A DNA stretch of 64,000 bases. Source: a virus. Each line of letters opens with the position of its first letter. The first letter of the stretch is position 1. Positions 8,353 to 16,313 of the stretch are shown piece after piece. The stretch is taken from positions 1 through 64,000 of the IMG/VR virus record IMGVR_UViG_3300046559_000446; one strand, written 5' to 3'. Below the pieces are notes generated by a model. That model searched no databases. It was not told the origin of the DNA and worked only from the letters and a program-made list of their open reading frames with translations. Made by a program: the position numbers and the translations under genes.

Positions 8353-10304
8353 AGAAACTCTACATCGACGTCGAAACCCGCTCCAGGGTTGAACTGGGCG
8401 ACGCCGGCTCCCGCCGGTACGCTGTCGATCCCTCGACCATGATCACCACGGCGGCGTGGAAGTGGGCGGCGCCGAAAGGCGCTTTCTCGCCAGCCATGAC
8501 CGCCTGCAATGTCCCCAGCCTTGACGGCATGGGGCGGGCCTCGATGGCTGAATTTACCAAGGCCCTGGGCGAGGCCGACACGATCGTCGCCCACCACATC
8601 AATTTTGACGTCAATGTGATCGCGAAGACGATCGGCCCCTGCGGCATGCGACTGGAGCAATTCGACTGCACCATGGCGCGCGCCCAGCGCATGAGCCTCC
8701 CTGGCGGGCTGGAAGAGCTATGCCGCGCGCTCGGCGTCAAGGGCAAGACCATTGGCGGGCGCCGGTTCGTCATGGCGACCTGCAAGCCCAAGCGCGACGG
8801 ATCCTGGAACGAGGATCCGGAGGTTTTCCGCCATCTGATCGACTACAACGCCCAGGACATCCATTGCCTTGAGAGCGTGGACGAGATCCTGCCGCCGCTG
8901 CCGCCAGACGAAATGGCGATCTGGCGGCGGACCTGGTGGAAAAATGCTCGCGGCCTGCCGCTCGATCTGGAGCTATGTCACCGAATCGCGGCCAAGAAAC
9001 AGGAGATCGAGCGCGAGATTGCCGGCGAGCTATTCGAGATCACCGGCGGCGCCGTCACCGCCCTAACCCAGCGCGCGCGGATCCTGACCTGGCTCAAGTC
9101 GCAAGGCGTCGATATCGAGAACACCCAGCGCGCGACGCTCGAAACCTGGCTCGACCTTGAAGAACTGCCATTCAACGCCTGGCGGATCCTGACGTATCTT
9201 TTTGACAGCGGAGGCTCGGCGCCGACGAAGGCCCAGGCCCTGCTCGATCGGCAGGTCAATGGGGTCTTTCAAGACGCCACCCGCTATTTCGGCGCGCGCA
9301 GCGGACGAGGGACGTCCGAGGGCGTCAATATGTTCAATATTGCTCGTCCCAGCGGCAAATATGACACCGAAAAGGTGATCGCGCGGCTGAAGGCCCAGCC
9401 CAACGGCGTCTTCACCAACACCGAACTGAGCGACGTCCTGCGCGGCGCCATTGTGGCGCCAGAGGGCGAGGTGGTGCTCGACGTCGATCTGTCGAACATC
9501 GAGCTACGCCTGTCGCTGTGGTACGCCGGCGATCAGCCCAAACTGGACCTGCTCGCCAAGAATGAAGACCTCTATGCCAAAACCGCCGGCAATTCGATGG
9601 GGGTTCCAGGATTGACTAAATACACCCACCCGAAAGAGCGGCAAGGTTACAAAAAAGTGGTGCTGTCGGGCGGGTATGGGATCGGCATCCATAAGCTCTA
9701 CAACTCGTTCAAAACCGACAAAGATCTGCCCTATGAGTATCGCCGCGATCTGACGCTTGGAACTGTTGCGGCGATCCACCGAGGCTATCGCGACGACAAC
9801 AAGCCGCTGCAAAGGGCGTGGTATGCCTTGGGCGACGCCATGAAGCTGGCCCTGCGCGAAAAGGGCCGGGTGGTCGAAGTCTTCGACGGCAAGATCGGCT
9901 TCCTTTATCGCGGCAGCGAGGACGTCATGGCCATGCGCCTGCCCTCTGGCCGCGTCATCCCGCACTATAAGCCGCACCTCGACGAAGAGGGCCAGCTATG
10001 CTTCTGGCGGGCGAAATATGGGCGCATGATGAAGTGCCGCACCTGGGGTGGCGCGCTGATGGAGATCGCCTGCCAGAGCGCGGCGCGCGACGTCCTGGTG
10101 GCCGTCGAGGCGGCGATCGAGCAGGAGCTTCCCGACGTGCGGCTGATCCTCGATATCTATGACAGCGTGGTCGCCCTGGCGCCCAAGGCGGTCGCCCAGC
10201 AGCGATTGGATCACATCTTAACCATCATGCGGCGGACGCCGGCCTGGGCTGTCGGCCTGCCCTTGAATGCCGAGGGCGTGATCGCGGCGAGGATGCAGAA
10301 ATGA
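8349..10304 (+). CDS. polA: Family A DNA polymerase with 3'-5' exonuclease domain
   Basis: ExoI IDVET, ExoII HHINFD, ExoIII YNAQD; motif A DLSNIELR; motif B RQGYKKVVLSGGYG; motif C variant IYDS. Confidence 0.92.
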   Translation: MKKLYIDVETRSRVELGDAGSRRYAVDPSTMITTAAWKWAAPKGAFSPAMTACNVPSLDGMGRASMAEFTKALGEADTIVAHHINFDVNVIAKTIGPCGMRLEQFDCTMARAQRMSLPGGLEELCRALGVKGKTIGGRRFVMATCKPKRDGSWNEDPEVFRHLIDYNAQDIHCLESVDEILPPLPPDEMAIWRRTWWKNARGLPLDLELCHRIAAKKQEIEREIAGELFEITGGAVTALTQRARILTWLKSQGVDIENTQRATLETWLDLEELPFNAWRILTYLFDSGGSAPTKAQALLDRQVNGVFQDATRYFGARSGRGTSEGVNMFNIARPSGKYDTEKVIARLKAQPNGVFTNTELSDVLRGAIVAPEGEVVLDVDLSNIELRLSLWYAGDQPKLDLLAKNEDLYAKTAGNSMGVPGLTKYTHPKERQGYKKVVLSGGYGIGIHKLYNSFKTDKDLPYEYRRDLTLGTVAAIHRGYRDDNKPLQRAWYALGDAMKLALREKGRVVEVFDGKIGFLYRGSEDVMAMRLPSGRVIPHYKPHLDEEGQLCFWRAKYGRMMKCRTWGGALMEIACQSAARDVLVAVEAAIEQELPDVRLILDIYDSVVALAPKAVAQQRLDHILTIMRRTPAWAVGLPLNAEGVIAARMQK

Positions 10305-10465
10305 TCGACGAAGAGGTGCATTGGTATCGATACGTTCCCTGGGCGCTGGTGGAGGCTTATCAGGCGCTCGGCTGGGTGTTGGAGGGCGACATGGGGCCGG
10401 TCATGCGCGTCTACCGCGCCATCATGCGCTGGGCGGGCCAGGGCGAGCCTGTGGAGCCGAAATGA
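10301..10465 (+). CDS. Small hypothetical protein (54 aa)
   Basis: Not in the track; ATGA overlaps at both ends; MIDEEVHWYRYVPWALVEAYQALGW... Confidence 0.55.
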   Translation: MIDEEVHWYRYVPWALVEAYQALGWVLEGDMGPVMRVYRAIMRWAGQGEPVEPK

Positions 10466-10671
10466 AAAAGCCAAAGCCCATTTGGATGCCGCCGCCTGGC
10501 TACATCCCGCCCAGGCCCTACGCCGGCGTCTGCCCTGGCTGCAAGGTCAACCATGGCGGATCCAAGTTCACTTTCGTGGAAGGGCCGGGCGGGACACAGG
10601 ACGCCCGCCGCTGGGGTTATTGGTGCGCCGAGTGTGAGAAAATACCTTTTTGGGTGAGGCCCGAAAAATAA
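10462..10671 (+). CDS. Small zinc-ribbon protein (69 aa)
   Basis: CPGC...CAEC; ATG 10462 overlaps the previous stop. Confidence 0.6.
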   Translation: MKKPKPIWMPPPGYIPPRPYAGVCPGCKVNHGGSKFTFVEGPGGTQDARRWGYWCAECEKIPFWVRPEK

Positions 10672-10684
10672 TTTCGAAAAAATG

Positions 10685-10733
10685 CAAAAAGGCGCTTTAC
10701 AACCGAATACGCCATGTCCTATAAGAGGTCATC
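10685..10733 (+). promoter_or_regulatory. Early promoter, copy 1
   Basis: A-tract, TTTACA (10696)-N18-TATAAG (10720) with TGTCCTATAA core. Confidence 0.75.
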
Positions 10734-10778
10734 AGCGGACGGGAATTAACCCGCCGCTCTCTCCGGGGACCAAGGATT

Positions 10779-11102
10779 ATGACCATCAACACTCTCGCCG
10801 ACCGCTACGCCGCCGCCAAAGAGCTTCTCAGCGAGCAGGAAGACATCGTTAAGGCCCTCAAGGCCGAAATCGTCGCCTTGGGCGTCGTGCAGGTCGAAGG
10901 CCGCTCCTGCTTCGTCAACGTCTCTCTCGGCTCGCGCAAGACGCTCGACGCCAAGGCGGTCGTTTCCGCTCTCGGCCAGCCGTGGGTCGACGCCCACACC
11001 AAAGAAGGAAAGGAGTACGAAATCCTCAACATCGAGGCCAAGCCTGTCAAGGCGCTGGTCGCTAAGGCGCTCGCTGAACTGGAAGACGCCGCCGGCTTCT
11101 GA
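10779..11102 (+). CDS. Early hypothetical protein (107 aa)
   Basis: AGGA RBS; first gene after promoter copy 1; N-terminal coiled coil. Confidence 0.75.
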   Translation: MTINTLADRYAAAKELLSEQEDIVKALKAEIVALGVVQVEGRSCFVNVSLGSRKTLDAKAVVSALGQPWVDAHTKEGKEYEILNIEAKPVKALVAKALAELEDAAGF

Positions 11103-11171
11103 TTGAAGTTTCAGCGCGGTGGGGGTTTCGACCCCCACATCGCGGACACTTTCGTCCGATCGGAGAACAAC

Positions 11172-11309
11172 ATGAAAAACATCTTCCTCATCGCCCTTGT
11201 CGCTCTTTCCGTTGGCGGCGCTTACGTCAGCTATGCCCATGCCGGAACCTGCACCACGACCTGCAACACCTACGGCAACCAGCGGTACTGCAACACCACC
11301 TGCTACTGA
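11172..11309 (+). CDS. Secreted 4-Cys peptide (45 aa precursor)
   Basis: GGAGAA RBS; MKNIFLIALVALSVGGAYVSYAHA then GTCTTTCNTYGNQRYCNTTCY. Confidence 0.75.
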   Translation: MKNIFLIALVALSVGGAYVSYAHAGTCTTTCNTYGNQRYCNTTCY

Positions 11310-11382
11310 TTTTCTGTCCCTCTGGACCTGCCCCCTTGAGAAAGGGGCAGACCCGGAAGATCCGAAAACAAGGAAGAAAAGC

Positions 11383-11709
11383 ATGCCCAATATCACCGTC
11401 AAAGAGATCAACGCCACCATCCGGCACCTGAAAAATGCCGTCAAAAAGGGCAACCGCGCCCTGTTCGACAGTAACGCCGCCTACCTCAAGAACATGGTTC
11501 ACGCTTTGATCCTTGAGCAGGGGCAGGGCCTTGAGCCGATCGTCCTGCCGCTCTACGCGGTGAAGGTCTACAGCAAGATCACCGAGACGGAAGCGTCCTT
11601 CGACGTGCGCGCCTCCAGCGAAATCAATGCGGTTCGCGCCATCCGCAATGCGGGCCTCAAGGGCGACAAGCACATCATCCGCAGCATCGACCTGGTGAGG
11701 GCGTCGTGA
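11383..11709 (+). CDS. Early hypothetical protein
   Basis: AAGGAAG RBS, ATG 11383, preceded by a hairpin at about 11324-11350. Confidence 0.7.
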   Translation: MPNITVKEINATIRHLKNAVKKGNRALFDSNAAYLKNMVHALILEQGQGLEPIVLPLYAVKVYSKITETEASFDVRASSEINAVRAIRNAGLKGDKHIIRSIDLVRAS

Positions 11710-11909
11710 GCGCGCAGCTTGACATCGAGGTCGAGGACCACGGCTCGCTGTGGCTCTTCCGGCCCCTGACCAAGACGGCGTCGACCTGGATCGACGACAA
11801 CGTCCAGGACGCGGCCCTGTGGTTCGGCGGCGCCCTCGCCGTCGAGGCCCGGTTTGTCCATGAAATGATCGAGGGCATGCTGGCCGACGGCCTGGAGGTG
11901 GGCAGATGA
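11706..11909 (+). CDS. Early hypothetical protein (67 aa)
   Basis: GTGA overlap; translationally coupled chain. Confidence 0.7.
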   Translation: MSAQLDIEVEDHGSLWLFRPLTKTASTWIDDNVQDAALWFGGALAVEARFVHEMIEGMLADGLEVGR

Positions 11910-12091
11910 AGCGCGCCGCATGGGTGAACGGCAAGCGCCGCGTCACTGGCGAGTGGCGATACCACTGGAGCAGCGACACGTTCGTGATCGTGCTCGACGG
12001 GCGCAACCGCCTAACTGGCCGCCCCAATGTCATCTACGCCAAGGGCGAAGAGCCTGAATGGGGCAACTGGAAAAGAGAGGCGGAACGATGA
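11906..12091 (+). CDS. Early hypothetical protein (61 aa)
   Basis: ATGA overlap. Confidence 0.65.
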   Translation: MKRAAWVNGKRRVTGEWRYHWSSDTFVIVLDGRNRLTGRPNVIYAKGEEPEWGNWKREAER

Positions 12092-12285
12092 ACATCGAGC
12101 AACGCAGGATAATCGCCCACATTTCCGACCGCGTGACGGTCGAGGAATGGCCAGAGCAGACTTGCTGGCGGTGGGTGGTCGTCCATCAGTACGCACCCGG
12201 CGCTCGCGAGGTGAAGCCTTACACAACCAAGGGCAGCGCGATGCGCGGCGGCAAACGCATGGCCTGGCACAGGAAAGGGATTTGA
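12088..12285 (+). CDS. Early hypothetical protein
   Basis: ATGA overlap, MNIEQRR start. Confidence 0.65.
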   Translation: MNIEQRRIIAHISDRVTVEEWPEQTCWRWVVVHQYAPGAREVKPYTTKGSAMRGGKRMAWHRKGI

Positions 12286-12287
12286 TC

Positions 12288-12515
12288 ATGACAACGAAGG
12301 AAATGAAGGACATGGGTCTGGTCAGCATCCCGCTCACCGCCGACGAGGTTCGCACTGCCATCCTGGCGCTGCACGAAGCGGAGGAAATCTACCTCCGTCG
12401 CGCTGCGCGCTACAGGGAGGCCGGATTCTCGGCCAACCATGCCGACTGCCTCAAGCGGGCCGGCAAGGCCCAGGCGCTGGCCAACTGGGTCGCCCACCAC
12501 GCCGACGCGGAGTGA
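12288..12515 (+). CDS. Early hypothetical protein
   Basis: AGGAAAGG RBS, MTTKEMK start. Confidence 0.65.
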   Translation: MTTKEMKDMGLVSIPLTADEVRTAILALHEAEEIYLRRAARYREAGFSANHADCLKRAGKAQALANWVAHHADAE

Positions 12516-12739
12516 TGGCCATGAAAAGAAGGATTGTTAAAGACCAGGGCCAGCGGGTCGATGAATTACGCGCCCTGGTGGCTGACTTGAACTATGCGCT
12601 TTATATCTCTCGCTACGCGATCGCCCACCTCGCCATCGAAGACAAGGCGCCCGCCGATCCCACGGGAAAATCGTGGGCCGACTGGCTTGAAGAAATTGGC
12701 ATGCTGCGCGAACGCGCCCGCAAGACGCTGGAGGGCTGA
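12512..12739 (+). CDS. Early hypothetical protein
   Basis: Overlap coupling; helical. Confidence 0.6.
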   Translation: MMAMKRRIVKDQGQRVDELRALVADLNYALYISRYAIAHLAIEDKAPADPTGKSWADWLEEIGMLRERARKTLEG

Positions 12740-12741
12740 CC

Positions 12742-12924
12742 ATGCGCAAATTTGAGGTGACCGTCCTGGTGACCAGGGAGGGGGCCTTGCGGCCCTTCCG
12801 CGTCCATTACCTCACGATGGCCCACACTTTTGAGCAGGCGCGCCAGAAGGTCGCCGCCCAGGCTCTGAAGCATAAAACCCACCAATTCATCCGCGTCGTC
12901 GATGCAAGGAAACCCGAAGCATGA
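12742..12924 (+). CDS. Early hypothetical protein (60 aa)
   Basis: GGAGG RBS. Confidence 0.6.
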   Translation: MRKFEVTVLVTREGALRPFRVHYLTMAHTFEQARQKVAAQALKHKTHQFIRVVDARKPEA

Positions 12925-13259
12925 AGCGTCGATATCTGACGAAGACCCAAAAGGCCGTGCTTAAGAGCATGGCCGACAACGGCGGGCGCGCAGTGATCGC
13001 CACTGGCACCCGGTGGAGCAGCTTCAGCCCCGGCAGGTGCTGCATCTTCGGGCAGGGAATGCACTGCCTGCTTCACAATCGCTGGATCACCAGCCGTGGC
13101 GAAAACCAAATCGGGTTTTACGCTTGGACGACCGAAGGCCGGCTGGCGCATGAGCGCGGCTGGTTCATCCCTCAACTCTATTCCTCGCCCCACTGGGCTG
13201 ATGAAAAACCCCTGCCTGACGAAGGAAACCTGAAGCATGATCCCCACCCGAACCATTGA
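12921..13259 (+). CDS. Early hypothetical protein (possible winged helix)
   Basis: LTKTQKAVLKSMA...WTTEGRLA pattern; ATGA overlap. Confidence 0.6.
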   Translation: MKRRYLTKTQKAVLKSMADNGGRAVIATGTRWSSFSPGRCCIFGQGMHCLLHNRWITSRGENQIGFYAWTTEGRLAHERGWFIPQLYSSPHWADEKPLPDEGNLKHDPHPNH

Positions 13260-13467
13260 AGAAATCGGCGTCATCGCCTGCGGCAAGTCCCTGCGCTTCA
13301 AGGCGCATGACGCCTACGCCGTGCTGGGCGAAGACTTGAACGATCTCTGCGCCCTGGTGGTGCGCCTGGGAACGCAGATGACCGACCAGGCTGAAAATTA
13401 CGTCTGGTCCGATCGGCTGCGTGAGATCCTCGACCAGGCTCTAAAATCTAATTTGTCGGGAGGCTAA
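13237..13467 (+). CDS. Early hypothetical protein (76 aa)
   Basis: GAAGGA RBS; ends at promoter copy 2. Confidence 0.6.
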   Translation: MIPTRTIEEIGVIACGKSLRFKAHDAYAVLGEDLNDLCALVVRLGTQMTDQAENYVWSDRLREILDQALKSNLSGG

Positions 13468-13475
13468 ACTTTTTT

Positions 13476-13541
13476 CAAAAAGGCTGTTGACAGGCGCTCA
13501 CGGTGTGTCCTATAAAGGGTCATCAACAACGGGGCGCACAA
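13476..13541 (+). promoter_or_regulatory. Early promoter, copy 2
   Basis: AAAAAGGCTG-TTGACA (13487)-N18-TATAAA (13511). Confidence 0.8.
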
Positions 13542-13709
13542 ATGATCGCTTATCTCCACAAGGGCCGGAACAACACCTGGGAACTGCGCTTCTGCGCTGA
13601 ACCCTGCAACGGACCGGCCTTTGCCAACGCCGAGATGGTCAACGTCTCTGGCAAGCGCGAGGCCCGCAAGATCTGCAAGGATCGCGGCGCCCAGGCTTGG
13701 AATTTCTGA
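13542..13709 (+). CDS. Early hypothetical protein (55 aa)
   Basis: First ATG after promoter copy 2. Confidence 0.65.
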   Translation: MIAYLHKGRNNTWELRFCAEPCNGPAFANAEMVNVSGKREARKICKDRGAQAWNF

Positions 13710-13768
13710 CCCAACCGGGGAGCCTACGGGCCTCCCGTTTCAACCCCACCCAAACGGGATTTCTCTCC

Positions 13769-14083
13769 ATGTCCAAGATCTACCTCCCCATTTCCAAAGG
13801 CCCCTACCTCAAGAAAGAGGGCAACTGGGTTCGCGAAAACCCGCTCTGCGACCTGACCTTTGACGAATTGCTCAAGGATCTGATCGACGGCCAGTATGGC
13901 GACGAGATCGTCTCGATTATCGAGATCGACCTGGCCGCCGGCACCTCGAAAGAGGCGATCGACGAGTTCGCGGACGCCGTCTATCACAAGGTTGTGGCCG
14001 ATTGGCGCCCCGTCGGCGCGGACCTGGCCGAATGGTTGGCCGATCGCGGTTTCAACGTCTCTCAGAGCGGGGGAGAACGCTGA
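13769..14083 (+). CDS. Early acidic hypothetical protein
   Basis: ATG 13769 after a hairpin at about 13715-13740. Confidence 0.65.
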   Translation: MSKIYLPISKGPYLKKEGNWVRENPLCDLTFDELLKDLIDGQYGDEIVSIIEIDLAAGTSKEAIDEFADAVYHKVVADWRPVGADLAEWLADRGFNVSQSGGER

Positions 14084-14187
14084 TGCGCCCGTTCTGGCAG
14101 CATGCCTTGTTCTTTCTCATTGGCGCGGTCGCCACGCTGGGCCTGATTAACTTCATCGACTGGCTCACCCCTGAAATTCTTCCATAA
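14083..14187 (+). CDS. Membrane micro-protein (34 aa)
   Basis: TGATG overlap, GGAG RBS; MRPFWQHALFFLIGAVATLGLINFIDWLTPEILP. Confidence 0.6.
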   Translation: MRPFWQHALFFLIGAVATLGLINFIDWLTPEILP

Positions 14188-14192
14188 AAAAC

Positions 14193-14259
14193 AAAAAAGG
14201 CTGTTGACAAGCGAACACGGTGTGTCCTATAAGGGGACATCAACCACGGGGACACACCG
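14193..14259 (+). promoter_or_regulatory. Early promoter, copy 3
   Basis: AAAAAGGCTG-TTGACA (14204)-N18-TATAAG (14228); near-duplicate of copy 2. Confidence 0.8.
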
Positions 14260-14691
14260 ATGACCACCACCGCCCGCCTCACAGACATCGCCGCGATCAA
14301 CAAGTTTCTGTTCGCCGGCAACGCCACTTTCACCCTGGTGTCGGCCAAGACCGGCGCTCGCTATACCTTCAAGGCGCGCCATTGCGGCGACGAAGGCAAG
14401 GATCTGTTTTTCGTGTCGGTCCTGACCGGCGCTGACAACGAGGCCTCCTACACCTACCTGGGCCAGTTTGTCGGCATGCGCGGTTTCCAGCATGGCCGCA
14501 AGTCGACGATCGGCGTCGATGCGCCGTCGGCCAAGGCCCTGGCCTGGTTTTCCAAGTTTCTGAACACGCCGGCGCTGCCCGACGTGGTCGAGTTCTGGCA
14601 CGAAGGCAAGTGCTGCCGCTGTGGCCGCAAATTGACCGTGCCCGCCTCCATCGCTTCCGGCATTGGTCCGGAATGCGCGACCAAAATCTGA
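14260..14691 (+). CDS. DUF6011-like zinc-finger protein
   Basis: C-terminal CCRCGRKLTVPASIASGIGPEC. Confidence 0.75.
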   Translation: MTTTARLTDIAAINKFLFAGNATFTLVSAKTGARYTFKARHCGDEGKDLFFVSVLTGADNEASYTYLGQFVGMRGFQHGRKSTIGVDAPSAKALAWFSKFLNTPALPDVVEFWHEGKCCRCGRKLTVPASIASGIGPECATKI

Positions 14692-14701
14692 GGATCTCTC
14701 C

Positions 14702-15613
14702 ATGAAAAAGCTTGCTCTCCTGGCTTCCCTGCTCTGCACCGTCTCGGCCCAGGCCGCCACCTACAAAATTGTGCCGATCAACACCGGCGACGTGATCGCG
14801 ATCGAAGGCGACATCGCTTATGGCGATGAGACGGTTTTCGAGGCCCGCCTGGCCGAGGTGGCCAATGCCGGCCACACCCTCGCGGGGATTGGCTTGAACT
14901 CGCTCGGCGGCAACGTCTACTCCTCCGAGGCCATGGCGATCACCATCGCCAAACAGGGCTATTCGGTGATCGTGGCCGGCGGCGAGTATTGCGCCTCGTC
15001 CTGCGTCCTGCTGTTCGCCGCCGGCAAAGAGAAAATCGCCATGGCTGACGCTCGTATCGGCGTCCATGGCGCATCGATGAACGGCAAGGAAGACGCGACC
15101 GCCGCCAAGGTCACGCTCTTGATGATCGCGGACCTGAAAGAATACGGCGTCCCGCCGGCGATCCTGGGCAAGATGGCGATGACGAGCAACAAAGAGGTGT
15201 CCTGGCTGACGATCGAGGATCTGCGCAGCATGGGCGTCAAGATCCCGCCTGCCGAGGGCAAGATGCCGAGGCCTTCTGCTGCGGCGCCCGCGCCCGTCAG
15301 CAACGAAGTCAACTGGAATGGCGAATGGGTCGATTTTGTCAACATGGCGGCAAATGCGTCGAAAAAGAGCTACGGCAAGGTCAACCTGTCGCGGGTCATG
15401 CATGATGACGGCTCGTATATGTTGAGCCTGTCATATCTGTCCAAGACCGACAAAAGGGTCGAGCTTGTCGAAAACCACACTACGGGCAAAGAAGAGACGT
15501 TCGATGCGTGGACATGCGTCTACTATTCGGAGACGCTCAAGAAGTGCCGTGGTTGGCATGTCGAAAAATGGGACACATATAACAAGATTAGCAACAAGTG
15601 GGTGAAGCAATGA
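14702..15613 (+). CDS. Secreted ClpP/crotonase-fold protein (COG3904-like)
   Basis: Signal peptide MKKLALLASLLCTVSAQA; I.GDIAYGD, LNSLGG.V, CASSCVLLFAAG, IGVH, W.LT..DL. Confidence 0.75.
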   Translation: MKKLALLASLLCTVSAQAATYKIVPINTGDVIAIEGDIAYGDETVFEARLAEVANAGHTLAGIGLNSLGGNVYSSEAMAITIAKQGYSVIVAGGEYCASSCVLLFAAGKEKIAMADARIGVHGASMNGKEDATAAKVTLLMIADLKEYGVPPAILGKMAMTSNKEVSWLTIEDLRSMGVKIPPAEGKMPRPSAAAPAPVSNEVNWNGEWVDFVNMAANASKKSYGKVNLSRVMHDDGSYMLSLSYLSKTDKRVELVENHTTGKEETFDAWTCVYYSETLKKCRGWHVEKWDTYNKISNKWVKQ

Positions 15614-15687
15614 TGGCACACTTTTGGATATTCGTCATTGGCTTCGCCATTGGCTACTTGCTGGTCGAAGGCATCTTCAGGAGGTGA
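15610..15687 (+). CDS. Membrane micro-protein (25 aa)
   Basis: Not in the track; ATGA overlap; MMAHFWIFVIGFAIGYLLVEGIFRR. Confidence 0.5.
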   Translation: MMAHFWIFVIGFAIGYLLVEGIFRR

Positions 15688-15689
15688 TA

Positions 15690-15893
15690 ATGAAAACGCA
15701 TAGCTCAATCACTGAAGACCGCCTGCTGGACGCGGTCGAGCGCCGTGAGACGTGTCTGGATAATCCGGGCTTCTGCATCGCCTGCGGCGCGGAGCAGGAT
15801 GGCTGCGAGCCTGACGCCAGGAAATACGTCTGCGAGGCTTGCGGCAAGCCGGCGGTCTACGGAGCCGAGGAGATCCTGCAATGCATTTCATGA
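15690..15893 (+). CDS. Zinc-ribbon protein (67 aa)
   Basis: GGAGG RBS; GFCIACG...EPDA..YVCEACG...VYGAEE. Confidence 0.75.
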   Translation: MKTHSSITEDRLLDAVERRETCLDNPGFCIACGAEQDGCEPDARKYVCEACGKPAVYGAEEILQCIS

Positions 15894-16006
15894 TCGGCTT
15901 CGGGATTTTCGTGGCGTGTTGGGGCTTGTTCCCGCGCGTCATGGGCTGGATCACCCTGCTGGCCGTTGTCGCCCTCGTCCTGACGATCGGAGGATCACAC
16001 CAATGA
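15890..16006 (+). CDS. Membrane micro-protein (38 aa)
   Basis: Not in the track; ATGA overlaps at both ends; MIGFGIFVACWGLFPRVMGWITLLAVVALVLTIGGSHQ. Confidence 0.55.
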   Translation: MIGFGIFVACWGLFPRVMGWITLLAVVALVLTIGGSHQ

Positions 16007-16209
16007 ACTGGAAACCGGAGGTTAAAATCAGCGGAAACTGGGAGCACAATCGCCTGGTGTTCGCGACCAAGGAAGAGGCCGAAATCAGCGCGCATAGTCT
16101 GTTCATGCGCTGGACGTTGGCCGATGATCACCGGGCCGTCGAGAGCGACGACCCCGTCAACTACGTCATTGTCGACGGCGAAATGTCGCCGGTCAGAGAG
16201 GGGGCTTGA
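16003..16209 (+). CDS. Early hypothetical protein (68 aa)
   Basis: GGAGG RBS; MNWKPEV...FATKEEAE. Confidence 0.7.
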   Translation: MNWKPEVKISGNWEHNRLVFATKEEAEISAHSLFMRWTLADDHRAVESDDPVNYVIVDGEMSPVREGA

Positions 16210-16313
16210 CCCTCGCCTTTATCATCATCCTCCTGGCGGCCAGCGCGCCCAAAACCATGCTGGCCGGCTTAATTGCAACCCTCATTACCCTGAACTGGAC
16301 GAGAACCCAATGA
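16206..16313 (+). CDS. Membrane micro-protein (35 aa)
   Basis: Not in the track; TTGA and ATGA overlaps; MTLAFIIILLAASAPKTMLAGLIATLITLNWTRTQ. Confidence 0.45.
   Translation: MTLAFIIILLAASAPKTMLAGLIATLITLNWTRTQ

Noticed and set aside
10321-10671. Track ORF of 116 aa starting at 10321
   Set aside because: Better parsed as two coupled genes, 10301-10465 and 10462-10671, with ATGA overlaps
14702-15613. ClpP-like gene as the prohead maturation protease
   Set aside because: It has a signal peptide and lies in the early region, far from the head genes
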